In this document: positions 18,001-30,600 of the stretch, one piece after another
How the letters are laid out: each line of letters begins with the position of its first letter
Position numbering within the stretch: position 1 is the stretch's first letter
From: a virus
Taxonomy: Duplodnaviria > Caudoviricetes
Length of the DNA: 53,252 bases
Virus record (IMG/VR): IMGVR_UViG_3300030104_004717
Location: 1-53,252 of that record
Reading direction: 5' to 3' (one strand)
Position numbers and translations under genes: made by a program
The notes under the pieces: generated by a model
Told to the model about the DNA's origin: nothing
Database searches by the model: none
The model's input: only the letters and a program-made list of their open reading frames with translations

Positions 18001-20763
18001 ATGCAGTTGGAAGAGACACAATACGAGTCCACACCTTCTGGAAGTGAGAAGGTAGACAATGGAACCTTTGATACAGACACAGGTTGGACAAAAAATAGCG
18101 GTTGGACAATAGCAGATGGGAAGGCAACTAAAAATAGTGGGGATGCGAATTACATGACCGATGACTTTACAGGTAATGGGAGGTTTGAGATTACATACAC
18201 TATTTCTGATTACGTTTCTGGGGATGTTAAACTCAGAGTAGGAACAGGGTTTAGTTCAATCACTCGAACTGCGAACGGAACATATACAGAAACTCTTCAC
18301 AAAGACAGTGCTACTTTTGGGTTCTATGGGTCAGGGGAATTTTCAATTGATAATGTTTCGGTTAAAGAAACTCTGCCAGTCCTTCAGACCTATTCTCAAA
18401 CCCCTGTAATAGTTTCAAGTCATCACAGCACAACTGCGACTGATTTACAGAGCTTCGCAGGAAAAGAGAATTTGATACCGTATTCTGAAGATACTAGTGA
18501 GTGGAATAACCTAGGGGGTGCTAATGTTAATCTTACGTCAGGTCTTGCAGATCCATTCGGAGGTACTAACGCGTTCAGTATACAATCAACAACAGCAAGT
18601 TTTTTAAATAATTTAAATACTAAGACTGCCGCTGTCATAGAACCTAACTCAACCAATACATATTCTTTCTTTGTTAAAAAGGAAACTAGTAAAACAAACT
18701 TTGGTGGCGTAGCAATCAATATAACAGGAGGAACAACTAAGATCGGCTACATAATTATAGATGAAGTCAATGGAACAGCCGTCAATACAACTGACTCAAC
18801 GATTAACACTCCTACCATTAGTGTCACAGAGCCAATCACTGGTTGGTACAGAGTAGCCATAACTGTAGAAGACACTCACTCGAATACTAATGCCTTTATG
18901 ATATTTTATTCTGGGTTATCTTCAAACGGCACAACACTTTCTGCTGTAACAGGATCACCCCGAACAATCTTTGGCGCACAGCTAAACACAGGTTCAACTT
19001 TAAAAACATATCAAGCCACAACAGGCACAGCCCTTACTGGCGACTGCCACCTATCCGTCTGGTATTGTCAGAATGGAAATTCTGATTTTGTGAACGATAC
19101 AGCAAGTGAACAGCCTCGTATTGTTATGGGATCTGAACTCGTTACCGACAGCGGTGGCAAGGCTTCTGTTTACTTTGATGGAGGTGATACGTTAGACAAC
19201 AATACTCTTGCAGGGAATAACAGGTTAGATAGTTATACAATTCAAGATACAAGCGATTCTACTTATGTCATTCCTTCTTCCGCTACTTCTGGATCGCATT
19301 ATGGCATCTATGCTAATAATGATACAAGCTCTTCGGCAGGAAGTCATGCAGGATCAGCTAGTTTTGGTACACCTAATATTTACAGAAATGGAGCAGTTTT
19401 CAGTACTTCAACATTAAACGACGTTCATGACGGCTTAACAGGGAAAAGCAATCTTCTAACAATGGAAGGTGCAAGTACGAGTGTATGGACATCTTTTACT
19501 GTAGGACACTACTTCAACAACAGTGCGCCAAGTTTTAACTTCACAGGAAAAATATCAGAAATGGTCTTCTTCCCTAACATGGATTCATCACCAAAACGGT
19601 TCAACATCGAGCAGAATATGTTGAATCACTTTGATATAGGTTTGATGGACATAGACTTTGAAGGTGTCTCAGCGACTGACATGAGTAACAATACCATCAT
19701 AGGGCCAAGTGGAAACTCCACGATAGGTTCAGTTGCGTTGTCAGGAGAAACTTCCAACCCAATCAGTGGGACTAATTCTCTTAAACTTTCGATCACTGGT
19801 GGTAACAATAATACTTACCCTAGAATCTACACAACAGCCAATGGATCTATGCCCGAAGATGCTCAGATTGGTACAAAATATAGAGTCACCTTTGATACCA
19901 AACTTGTTAGCGGTTCAGCCACTTTAGCAGGACTGGGGTTTGCTGATGGAGGTAACAAAGAGAAAGGCTTCTTGAATACAAATAGTACATCTGATAATGT
20001 TGTTTTGTCAGGAACCCAGTCGCATTCATTTGAAAACACAATAACTGAGTTAACTGGAACTGTTAGCGCACGTAACGATTTGTTCTGGTCATGGAGAGGT
20101 ACAGAAGGTGACAGCGTGGTCTTGATAGACAACATTAAAATCAAGAAGATAGGCTTCACTGGCTTCGTAACAACTCTATACGACCAGACAGGAAACAACT
20201 GCCATGCCCTTCAATCCACTGCTGCTTATCAGCCTCAGCTTGTTAGCGGAGGTGACTTAATCAAGTCAGGGAATCATCCTGCTTGGGAACACGTTACAGC
20301 TTCTAATATGTTGATGGAGGGCAAAATACAAGCTGCCCATCTTGATGCTTGGTTTGTTGCTGAACCAGACTCAGCCGACACTCATTATTTATATCCTGCG
20401 AACTACGCCTCAACAGGGGATCATGGTTTTGTTGCTCAAGACACAAGTAGTACAAATGCTTTACTTGCAGATTATGGTAACCCTACTTTATATGCAAATG
20501 GCACTTCACTAGGAACAACAGGAGCTTCTTTAACAAGAGATGGCATTCATACTTCTTTAAGTGGTCGTAAGCTAGTCCATCACCAAGGTGCTGACACAGC
20601 GGATTGGGCAAAGCTACAGATGGGTTATTTTGGTTCTACAAGTGACAGTACATTCAACTTCCAAGGTAAGTTTTCCGAATGGATCTGGTATGACTCAGAT
20701 CAAAGCTCTAATAAGACAGGCATCGAATCTAACATTAATTCACATTATAATATCTATAGCTAA
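15028..20763 (+). CDS. Large fibre/spike receptor-binding protein with repeated carbohydrate-binding-like and LamG/ConA-like domains (1911 aa)
   Basis: ITFSRGSNAT...ARFDY...GLLIEEARTNL spike signature; four NL..S....W...GW(Y/F)R modules; NG(D/T)F...W...SIDN.SVKE modules; F.GK.SE endings. Confidence 0.8.
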   Translation: MNRGTRLGISSRQSERSTGRSQLDPTELKRDYNFLSGKLHGDITFSRGSNATLVGSDGLIKYAPHNLLPRSNEFTHSDWNNPTKMTANRAISPTGENNASEITTESAIYDSVGNVGGNITISIHAKKNTATHFVLSGGYPTANRVIFDLETGVACQVVGVAKHTSESLGNGWFRFSVSVPSSSTDYIQFSGRSSCAYASNNRVVGVYVYGAQIERTFDLNSGPQAYIETTGSAVHGARFDYDKDGNSKGLLIEEARTNLFTNSDFTSGWAWYNNLNPAPILNAGTDPSGGNNAVKIINDSGNEYKLLRPSTNPTATTDNTYCASVYVKDAGSRYLVFYLSDSASRALQVDLQTGQVASFNGNGGYGVEEVGNDGWYRVWFSHTMTATMGSISIVPSNSSYATSLAGNGTDGLLVWGAQFEQGSFPTSLIGTYGASASRSADVAKVDGLAFSRFHKEGTGGAWLVDSTELAEDRTTQSSPFLVHESGGSRLRVGPKVGGGATNAIAVYYQDGGDMIYSAGALGTVTKGVKSKLGVTFKTNDGAFTRDGKTPNTDTSIANIYSPTELRLGDNGSGTTVFCGHIARLRYFNKRISNNKLKKETDTPFLLNKYPRAKAAHSLRALMDDSANSPVTRIRRSYDSFEADYTANQVSNGELENDFKSEAQTTLPLDVSVEADEMVVNGDFSHASNGWVLDTGFSIGSGTLNRAAASASFAQVSSMGVVVGKTYDINFDIVNHSTGINYLSFGGDYLTKTQNSNGSYSYRITATSTQKLQFYAGTNAVYSIDNISVKEVNPIATGFSTRLINADYKGKPLMRIRNQSNVEAELYADANDQISLSSSIKGSSQNLLAYSENFGEWGVQNSSVQTSGQSDPNGGQNAWLISGGTAAAGGVTLDVAVTNDKYYTLSGYFKKGTSTKTRLSIHYKYIEWDWSTSGVPSLTANSSEPLSITFTPVGTDGWYRISFVWEATATATRTINIDPDRNNTNKTVYAFGMQLEETQYESTPSGSEKVDNGTFDTDTGWTKNSGWTIADGKATKNSGDANYMTDDFTGNGRFEITYTISDYVSGDVKLRVGTGFSSITRTANGTYTETLHKDSATFGFYGSGEFSIDNVSVKETLPVLQTYSQTPVIVSSHHSTTATDLQSFAGKENLIPYSEDTSEWNNLGGANVNLTSGLADPFGGTNAFSIQSTTASFLNNLNTKTAAVIEPNSTNTYSFFVKKETSKTNFGGVAINITGGTTKIGYIIIDEVNGTAVNTTDSTINTPTISVTEPITGWYRVAITVEDTHSNTNAFMIFYSGLSSNGTTLSAVTGSPRTIFGAQLNTGSTLKTYQATTGTALTGDCHLSVWYCQNGNSDFVNDTASEQPRIVMGSELVTDSGGKASVYFDGGDTLDNNTLAGNNRLDSYTIQDTSDSTYVIPSSATSGSHYGIYANNDTSSSAGSHAGSASFGTPNIYRNGAVFSTSTLNDVHDGLTGKSNLLTMEGASTSVWTSFTVGHYFNNSAPSFNFTGKISEMVFFPNMDSSPKRFNIEQNMLNHFDIGLMDIDFEGVSATDMSNNTIIGPSGNSTIGSVALSGETSNPISGTNSLKLSITGGNNNTYPRIYTTANGSMPEDAQIGTKYRVTFDTKLVSGSATLAGLGFADGGNKEKGFLNTNSTSDNVVLSGTQSHSFENTITELTGTVSARNDLFWSWRGTEGDSVVLIDNIKIKKIGFTGFVTTLYDQTGNNCHALQSTAAYQPQLVSGGDLIKSGNHPAWEHVTASNMLMEGKIQAAHLDAWFVAEPDSADTHYLYPANYASTGDHGFVAQDTSSTNALLADYGNPTLYANGTSLGTTGASLTRDGIHTSLSGRKLVHHQGADTADWAKLQMGYFGSTSDSTFNFQGKFSEWIWYDSDQSSNKTGIESNINSHYNIYS

Positions 20764-20768
20764 AAATC

Positions 20769-21134
20769 ATGGCATATCTAATATTTAATTCTAAAGAAGA
20801 AGCTCAAGCTCGAAGCGAACAGGCAGCAAAACAAAAGAACACTTCTTATTGGAGTACTGGATCAGGAACCAGATTTTGGTGGGGTGTTGGAGAGGAGGCA
20901 TCTCAAGAAGATCCAAGAGCATTTATCCAGATACAAAAGAACACTTGGACTGACGAGGAGACTGAAGAGGAACACGTAAGCATCCCTGATGAAGCCCTGC
21001 TCACTGAAGAAGAGATAGAGTCTCTTGCGTCTGAGCTTCCAGAAGACTGGATTTACCCACCTGATCCTATGGCAATAGACAACGATAACGAGGACGAGGA
21101 CGAGGACAATGAAGAAGACCCACTTTCCGATTAA
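20769..21134 (+). CDS. Acidic hypothetical protein, likely fibre-associated
   Basis: Directly follows the fibre gene; Asp/Glu-rich C-terminus. Confidence 0.65.
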   Translation: MAYLIFNSKEEAQARSEQAAKQKNTSYWSTGSGTRFWWGVGEEASQEDPRAFIQIQKNTWTDEETEEEHVSIPDEALLTEEEIESLASELPEDWIYPPDPMAIDNDNEDEDEDNEEDPLSD

Positions 21135-21583
21135 TGAGAGATATACTTTTAAAGTTCGATTCCAAAGAGCAGTCTGTTTCCTTCGCTGAAGACAACGGCT
21201 TTACTTCCATTGTTGAAGCTGAAGGCGAGGAGAAGATCAACATTATAGAGCAGGGAGAAGACTATGTGTTTACAATCATTGGTGAGCACTGGATTGATAC
21301 AGGTGAAACTGAAGAATGGAGAGATGAAGACGGCACAGTTCATGAACACAAAATCATGGAGAGTGATGATGCTTGGTGGGTATTATTCAGGGACATGGGA
21401 GACAGGGACATGACACCTGCTGAAGATTACATCGTGTGGCATAGTGACATGTTGGAAAAAGTCCGTGCCAGACAAGCTGACGGTACTTTTGAGTCCGATG
21501 ACCCTAATACACCAGAAGACGAGGCATGGATTGAACAATCTGTCCCACGCCCTGCAAATGCTCCTGACCGAGTGTTTTGTTAG
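21134..21583 (+). CDS. Acidic hypothetical protein, likely fibre-associated
   Basis: TAATG coupling; RARQADGTFESDDPNTPEDEAW motif. Confidence 0.65.
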   Translation: MRDILLKFDSKEQSVSFAEDNGFTSIVEAEGEEKINIIEQGEDYVFTIIGEHWIDTGETEEWRDEDGTVHEHKIMESDDAWWVLFRDMGDRDMTPAEDYIVWHSDMLEKVRARQADGTFESDDPNTPEDEAWIEQSVPRPANAPDRVFC

Positions 21584-21621
21584 TGGCATGACCCAACCTT
21601 TTAAAGTAGACTATTACAGAT

Positions 21622-24600
21622 ATGGCTAGACCTAAAAAAAACCCATTTGGAGAGAAAAAAAACAATGGAATTGGGTATGATGGGACTAGAACAAATAACC
21701 CATACGCAACGCCTACAAGCAGTCGCAAAAGACGACAGCAATGGGATATGGCTAATCAAGCCAATTTGGTATGGGAAGAGAAGCAAGCCGCCAAAAGAAG
21801 AGCCGCCGCCAACCGAGCCAGAATAGAGCAGGATCGAATAGCCGCTGACAACGAGAAAAATAACAAGAAGGCTCGTGAGGCATTTATAAGGAAGAACAAT
21901 ATAAAGCCTGCCAGTATTGATCACTGGTATGAAGAAGGAGGAGTACAAAGGCCATATTTTAATCAGTCCAAAGATTGGGAATCACAGGGGTTTGAAGCTA
22001 ATGAGTTTGGTGTAGCCTCAGAAGTATTTCGTAACCGTAAAGGTAAATATGAAAGAAGGGATCCTTTAAAAACAGGCAACTACAAAATAGATCCTAAAAC
22101 AGGTGAAACTTATATCACACTTCCTGACGGCACAAAGTACCCAATAGGAACAAATAAAGAAAAGTATTTTGAAGCAGTACAAGATAAGGCGGTAGAGCAA
22201 GCTAACGCATTTGAATTAAACAAAGAACAAGAGGCTGAAAATAAAGGATACGATCTTGATAAGAAAAGAGCTGAGGTCAGCGCTCAACAAAGGCTAATTG
22301 ACCATCGAAAGAAAACTACAAAGGGATATGAAGCAGGCGAGAAAGGTGTCAGAAAACTAACATCTCAAAATAAACAGTATGACGAGGACTACGCAAATCT
22401 CCAAACCTTAGAAGAAGAGCAAGCCAGATTACAGAACGAGAAGACTCAAACTGACTATGAGGCCATCAAGCAAGCTCGATTCACCAATTACTTAAAGACT
22501 AGACCTTACACAGGCAGTCTCGATGAGTCTTTGAGGAGCCTTGAGGAGTACGAGGAGAAAGGCAGTCTATATAAAAACATAGGGCCAGCTGGATCCTTTT
22601 ACATGGCTCCTCTTGATCAAGGCACTGAGAATGAAGAAAAGCGCCCACCTGAAGCAAACCCTGTAAACACATCAGAAGGTAAACTTCAAGTCACTCCACC
22701 AAAAGATGACCAAAGCGACAGCACGGTTGAAGTACAAGCTATTGGTGAAAGTCTTCATTCAGGAACAACAGTTCAAGACAACAAGGTAAAGATTAAAGCT
22801 CATCACGCTGAGAATAATCCAAAGGACGAAGAGGCACAAATTAAAGCCACCGAAGCCAAAGACAAACAAGCGAATCGTAACTCACCAACTAGCGAAAAAG
22901 CTCAAGCTCAAATCCCTGTCATATTAAACGCTCCTGACGTTAGCTTATCAAAGCTATATCAATCCATCGATGAGCTAACAAACACTGATGAAGGCCAGCC
23001 TAAGCTCGCTATTGGTACTGCTGGCTATGATGGATCAAACATCAGTGTCGCCAAGAGACAATTACAAGAAGAAGCTAGAGAATATTCTCTAAAATATATC
23101 TACCAGCAAATGCTTGCTGATCTAGATAACGATATCACTAAATCAAAAATACACACCTACCTACTGATGGGTAATGAGGCAGGTTCAATATTTGGTCTTA
23201 CAGGTGATAAATTAAGACCTCAGACACAAGGAGCTTACGAAGATTATAGAACTGGCATGGCCTTTGAGTCTCTAAAGGATAACCCAACAAAAATTAAAAA
23301 CTGGGAAAAGAAACTTATCGCCAAAAGACTTAAGGAATACGAGGATAACCCTCCATGGAGAATTGAAGCTGGCGCTACTCCATTTAATGTAGAGCCAACA
23401 GCAGAGTGGTTTGATCAAAACATTAACGTCCTAGCATTGCTGAATGCTAAAAAAAGAATGGAGGATCACTATCAACAAGATCGTGATCACAAAGGCACAG
23501 AATGGCAACACGTTGAGGTAGACGAAAGGACAGGACTTGGATTCTCAATGAGGCTTCAGGAAGGCAATAAAGGTAAACCAATATTTGAATACAAAATAGA
23601 CGGTGACTTAGGAGACAGTTCTATCACGAAGGTTAATGAGTATAAATCATGGGATAAGCTCACCATGAAAGAACACATGGACTTTGTGTCCGAAAACCTC
23701 GCTGTCATGAGGCAAGACGTAGGCTGGTTCCAAGATACATTTAATAGGCTTGTAAAAAAATATGGGCAAGGGGTGATGAACTTAGCCTACTTACCTCATC
23801 GAACTTTTGGAACTTACTATTGGGCAAGAGGTACTGAAGAGCTTAAAAAAAGAGTTAATGATCAATACGATAAAGTATTTCCTACCAGTGTGGCTTCTGA
23901 CTTCAAAGCCAGAACTTCTACTGCCGCTCAAACGTGGAATGGTTTAGTAGACGGATTTGCCCAACTTTTTCAGTTTTCACAAGCTTATAAGGCTGGAGGA
24001 TTTTGGGGTGCATATAGCACCAACTTCGCAACGCAATCAGAGGCAATGGTAAGTGAAGCCTTTGAGGCTGGCATGAGTCCAAAGGGAACTTTGGCTTTAT
24101 ATGTAAACGCTTCCCTAATTGCAGGGGTTGATTCCTTAGCTGACAGGTTCCTTATAAAGTCTGGATCAGTTTTTAAAAATGCGTTACCAAAATCTGCGTA
24201 TCAAAAGTTAGTTGCGACAACAGGTGGCAGATATTTAACGGCTACAGGTGGACTGTTAGCAAAAGGTGGAACTGAAGGTGGAACAGAAGTTGTTCAGACC
24301 TTTTGGGAAAATGTTTATGCGCAACACTCTTTTGATCCTGACAGAAAGTACAGCGAAGGAGGGCTAGTCTCTTTCTATGTCGGCGCACTATTAGGTACAA
24401 CTATGGGTACTCGCTCCTTTGCTACTGACATCAGTCAAGGCAAGCAGAGAGCAAAAGATGTACAAGTCGTAGCAGAAGAGCTTAAGAAAATAGAAGATGC
24501 CGAAAAGGGTGGAGATACAGCTAAAGAAGAACTTTCCAAAAATGCAGATGAAGAGGTTAATTTGGGTGACATCATTGACGCTAGAAATTCCGTTACTGCC

Positions 24601-27600
24601 GCTCACGCCAATAAAGCCGCAAGCTTACTTAACATAGGTGTAGCAAAACAAACCGTTGCTAGAATCTTAGCTAATCAAAACATATCTCCTGAAACACAGG
24701 AAGCTATTCTACTTTCAGTCAGTGAAGGCGGTACAGGACTTTTCAATGCTATTGCTGTCGGTAATAAATACTCTCAGGACATTCCCCTTCTAAGTGAAGA
24801 AAACATCAATGCAATATTTGCCGCACTAGAGGTTAACGGTGAAGCAACGCTCTCAGAGAAGGATGCCGCCGTAGCCGCACTAGAGGGATACATATTTATA
24901 GCTAGAGAAGCTGAAAACATTCTAGAAAACGGTAAAGCCACACTAGATGAATACGCACAACCTCTTATCGAAATAGGACTTGCAACTCAAGACCCTGATG
25001 GTGGCATGAAGGTTAATGCTTCAGCCGCCAAAATACTTCCACACAACTTAGCTGAAAGAGTTCGTAATGAAGCTGACGTACAAGCCAGAGGAAAGATCGA
25101 CACTAATGTTGAATCAGCAATGGAGGGAGATACGGCTACCGACAGTGCCATTGATGAAAACATTGAAGATGGACGCAAGACTATTTCTGCTGTTGCTGAT
25201 GATGTACTTAATGAGCCTACAAAAACAAAGTATGAAATAAGAATTGTACCTAAGAGCGATCCTGAAAACTACATAGCGCTTACTCCAATGGAGTTAAGCA
25301 GTGTTGAGAAGGGAATGGAGATAGGTAGAACAAATGCCAAAACCCTAGGCATAGTGGGTGAATACGAGATTGAAGTTACTCAACTCAGCCCTCCGCAAAC
25401 ACAAGACGTACCAGAGCTTAAGCCAGCTAAAAGAGTAGACGGACAAGAGAAGCCTGAGACTACTGAACAAACTAGTGACTTAACTGACGAGCAAAGAACT
25501 ACTCTTGATGAAGAGCAGGCTAGAGAAGCTGACTCTATAGCAGACTCACAGGCACAGCGAGAGGCTCAAGAACAGGAAGCCAATATTGGTGTACCTAAAA
25601 GCCGAGGAGAATTTGGACAAGATAAAGTTGGCACTGGAGAATTTGGACAAGAACTCCCATCGACTCAGAACAGAGCTGACGGAGTTGATATAAAAGACGA
25701 TCAAGAAACAATACAAACACCACAAGGAAATGTACAGGAAGACATCAATGACCCAACTACCTTCACAGGCGAAGCCGAAAGCGTACGCCAGCGAGAAAAA
25801 AACAAAGAAGAAGAAGAAAAAGAACCCATACAAGAGCAGACTTCGCCCAACGAAGAAAGGGTACTGACTCCACAAGTAGAGACTCCAGTTGGAAAGCCAA
25901 GAAAGACTTCTGACTTAGTTGATAACTTTGAGCAGGATCCCGTTATAGCCGCTATCATTGATGAGGGTGGCTTAATCTCTAAGTCACGAGCGCAAAAGGA
26001 GAACAAAGAGAAGTACGAGCAAAATAAAGACCTTTGGGATGATGTTCCATACCTAGGCAACCCAGCCCTTAATGGTATTTACTCCAAGACTGGTGGAATG
26101 ATGCCAGATCAAATGCTGAGGGCGCTTATCGGTAGAGGACTCTTTGGTGAATATGATTCTCTTAGTAAGATGTATGATGCCATTGAAAGAGCATCTAATT
26201 CAGCTAAGAGCATTACAGCCAATCAAAAAACTCAGGAGGAAGACTGGAGCAAGGAAGAAAGACTGGCTAATCTACCTACTCAGCTAAAAACATCCCCCAA
26301 TGGTCAAAACATACTGGTTGATAGTTTAAACAAAAGCCAGCCTTGGGCGCAAAAGTTTATACCTGTTGATATAGACAGTGTTGATGATCGTATCAATTTA
26401 CCTTTCATATTTGCTTTAGAGCAACGCACAGGCAGACGCATTATCCTAGTGGAGCCAGCTAACAAGGATGACGCTGGTGTAAAAATGTCAGGAACTTTTG
26501 ATAATGGTACTATCTTTATAAATCTTGATGGAGATAAAGCGCCTCTTGCTACAGCCATGCACGAGTTCATGCACTCGGTTAGACGAGAAAGTCCTGAACT
26601 ATATAACCAATTTAAAAGAGCCGTCATCAACTCCGCAAGATCCTTTCCTGAGCTTGTTACCACGGTTACTGGACAATATCTTGAAGCTTATAATGGCAAC
26701 TGGAGCTTAGTAGAGGAAGAGGCTATTGCTAATATTGCTGGTGACTTAGCCATGGATCGAAAGTTCTGGAATAAGTTCCTAGCCAAAGAACCAAAGATTA
26801 GTGAAAAAATTGTTGGTTCATTTGTAAGTTTCCTTGATGGCTTAAGAAACAAATTTAGAAGAACTCCTCGTAAAGGTAGAACATGGGAGGCTGTTGACGC
26901 TCTCAGTGGACTTGATGAAGTTAGAGCTTCGCTGGCTGATGTAATTACTCAGTCACAAAACTACAATCGAATTGTCGGCAGTGGCAAGACCTTCCCTGTC
27001 TTAGGCGACCTTAAGATGTTTGCTTTAGATCCTGACCAAGGGTCATTTGACTTTGATAGCGCCCCTGCTCGCAAGGCAATTAAGAGAACTCAACAACAGC
27101 TCTTTAACTTTGAGTCCAAGAGGCAACCAAGGAAGACGCTTCCAAAGTCTGAACCTGAACTACCAAAGCCTACAGGTGAAATTAAAGACTTCGGTCAAAA
27201 GATAGGTGGAGCCAAAAAAGATATTTACGCCGCCTATTTAGAGAAGATGGAAAGTTTTGTTGGTGATGATGCCAGCATAACCATGGCAAAGGACTTCCCG
27301 ATGCCAAACTACAAGCAACTTGCTAAGGAAGGTGTGAGCATTGAAACGCTTGCCTCCATAGCCGCTATAAGAGATTCGATTGATGCAAAACCAAAAGGCA
27401 AATTTAAACTCAGAAACTGGGCTGAAACTTTTAGAACCTTGCGAGGGATAGCCACCCAGCTACTTACAGAGCCTGATTCAGAAGTTGCAAATGCGTGGAA
27501 AGAAATACTTTCTCGTGAGGCAGGAGTTTTAAAGGACATTAAATCTTATTCCTTTGTAAAACGAGAGTCCACACAAGAGGATTATGATTTAAGAAAAAAG

Positions 27601-30600
27601 GCAGGTATAGTTCCTTCTAATGGGGTCAATTCTCAGCTAGGAAAGATAGCGAGCAAAACAATGCTGTATCGAGCATTAGGGCTTCCCGATTTTACTAAGG
27701 CTAAAAAGTGGGGAATCGGCTACTTCAGAAATGTTAATTATGACAAACAGGGCGAGCCACTAGACAAACCTGCTAATGCTTACGTTGCCAAGTACAACAA
27801 AAGAGCAAAAATAACAGCCCCTAAATCGTTTAAGACTGATCCTCAAGAAGCTATCATGGAAATAGCTGATCAGATTAAAAGGGTAATGAAGACAGATCCT
27901 GATCCTGACAAAGAGGACAGGAGACGTAAGCCATACGGAGTTTATCAAAGCCGACTGGATCAAAGTATCTACATTGCTAAAAAGGTAGGAAGACGAGTAG
28001 TAAGACTGAAGGATGGTTTTAAAAGTGTTACTGAGGCACACGCTTACTTGCGAGGTAACTTCGATGAAATAGAACAACTCTTTAATGAAAAGAAAGAGGT
28101 AAAGCTAAGAAGAGAAGACAACAGACCAAGGGAAGGAGAAAGATTAAGAAAGCCTCAAGAAAACATTGATCCTGATCAGTTCATGTCACGCTTTGGATTC
28201 AGAGGTGTGGAGTTTGGTAACTACGTTGAAAACAAGCGCCGTCAACAGAACCTCAACGAAACTTACGATGCCCTTAATGATTTAGGTGCAGTTCTTAATA
28301 TACCGACCGAAGCACTGTCTTTAGATGGAACCCTTGCCTTAGCCTTTGGAGCTAGAGGATCAGGTGGTAAAGGAGCCGCCTCCGCTCACTATGAGCCTAT
28401 TAAGATTGCAATAAACCTGACCAAAAAGAAGGGAGCAGGTTCCCTAGCCCACGAGTGGTTCCATGGACTTGATAACTATTATTCAAAACTAAATGAGAAA
28501 GACAAAACAGATGTAGGCGCTAGTGGTTACATTACACAAAAGATAAGCGTAAAGGAGGGTGGTACAAGGATGTACCCTGCCTCGCAGTATGTTGATGAAA
28601 ACGTGATTATGGGTTTTGTCGATTTAATGAGCCAAATCGAAAAAAGCGACTTTAAGAAAAGAGCAGAGAAATTTGATGAAGCAAGAACAGAAGACTATTA
28701 CTCCACCAATATCGAATTAGCGGCAAGAGCCTTCGAGGGTTACGTGGTTAATAAGTTAAGTGAGTCTGGAATAACTAATGACTTCTTAGCTAACATTGAC
28801 CCTAGGGGTGGAGCCTATCCTACCAGCCAAGAGCAAACGGAAACTTTTACTCCATTATTTGATCATCTCTTCTCGCAAATGTCGTATGCGAAAACTGATA
28901 GAGGAACTAAGCTCTTTGCCTTAGATCCTGAAACTAAGAGAGGGATTATTAACAGAATATCGCCAAGGGGAACTCCATCTGAAGACAGTAGATTTGTTGA
29001 AGTTAATGTTAAAGATTTTGATAAGTTATTTAAAAACGATACAGCAGACACATACATCGGTAAAGGTGGAGAAGGTGGCATAGCTAATAGGTATGAAGCC
29101 TTTAAAGAATATCTTGGAACTAACTTACCAATAGCAGCCAGTGAAGCCTTCTTAAAGATAGGGCGTGACGGAAAGTTAGCATCGGCAGGCTTTGAAAACG
29201 GCAGACACCGATACGCTGTATTAAGAGACTTAGGACTACGAAGCATCAAGATGCACATTAGTGGTGATGCTAAAGCTCTCAAAAAAGCAGAGGATGAAGG
29301 ATTGATAAGCGAGGAACTAATCACGCAGGAACCTGCAAGAACCTATAGCCCTAAAGAAATAGAAGATGCAATTAAGAAGTCGCCAACTAAACGCTTTGCC
29401 ATCGATCCAGAAACAGAAGCCGAGTATTTAAGGTTGGCTGAGGAGCCTGATAACAACTATTGGAGCCTAACTAAACTCCTTGATAGAGCCGCTAAGATTG
29501 CAGGTTATAAATTCAAGGGGTGGCACGGTACTCCTGATGGAAGATTCCTAGATAGCGACCCTGTATTCAGACCCAAAGAGTGGGCAGACACAGGAGTCCA
29601 TTGGTTTGCTGAGGACTACAATACAGCAACCACTTACGCTGATGATACTAGAGCATTTGACTATCAGAACGCAGAGCCAAGAACTGATTACTATTATATT
29701 AAAATTGATAACCCTTACATGGTAGATGGAAAGGGAGCTAAATGGCGTAGCGCTCAAGGGGCAGGCAGAACCAAGAATGTTATCGAGAAGGCTATTGATG
29801 CTGGCAACGATGGAGTCATTATTGAGAACGTCAGAGACAACTATCAAACTGGCGTAGTTAGAGGTGACAAACCAACAACGACCTACTCCGTATTTGAGTC
29901 TGATCAGATTAAGTCAGCCAATCCAGTAACCTATGACAATGAAGGCAACATCATTCCACTATCTGAAAGGTTTAATCCAGACAAAGCAGACACTAGGTTT
30001 GCTTTAGATGAAGACCCTGAACCTTTTTATTCGGGAGTCGTAAGTGCAATAAGGAATAAATTTCCAAAGAAGGCATCTATCGATCAAGCATTAGCGTTCT
30101 TTAAGCCTGGTAAAACGGCAGGAGTTAAAAAGGCTGAGGTTGATTGGATGGGCTTAGAACAGTGGATATTAGATCATAACAACCAATATCAAAAAGGGGT
30201 AATAAAACAAGCCGACCTGTTTGACTTTGCATCGTTAAACCAAATGAATATTGGGGTTGCGGAGTTAAACGAAAACTCCGTCATGTATAGTGACTGGAAA
30301 CAAAAAGGTGGAGAAAATTATAAAGAATTTGTTTTCTATTTAGATGATAAAGCTAGTGATGAACGTGGCACAAAAGATCTATATAAACCTCAACATTTTG
30401 GGGGTATAAAGAAAAATATTCTTTTTCACATGAGAACCAGCGACAGAATCGCTGAGAATGGTGATAAGTATTTATTTATAGAAGAAATTCAGAGTGATTA
30501 CGCAACTGATTACCGACAAGATTCAGCTTATAGGCAAGCGCAAAAAGATTTTATTATTGAATTAGATAACCTCGTTCGTACTGCTAACAATGTTGGAAAA

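Noticed and set aside
15028-20763. Diversity-generating retroelement acting on the fibre gene
   Set aside because: No reverse transcriptase motifs in any ORF, and I saw no near-identical template/variable repeat pair; the repeats are diverged at the protein level.
21077-21118. GAC/GAG trinucleotide-like repeats
   Set aside because: They simply encode an Asp/Glu-rich protein tail.
25606-25652. 17-bp direct repeat GGAGAATTTGGACAAGA (GEFGQ twice)
   Set aside because: A single in-frame local duplication in a disordered linker, with no sign of a wider system.
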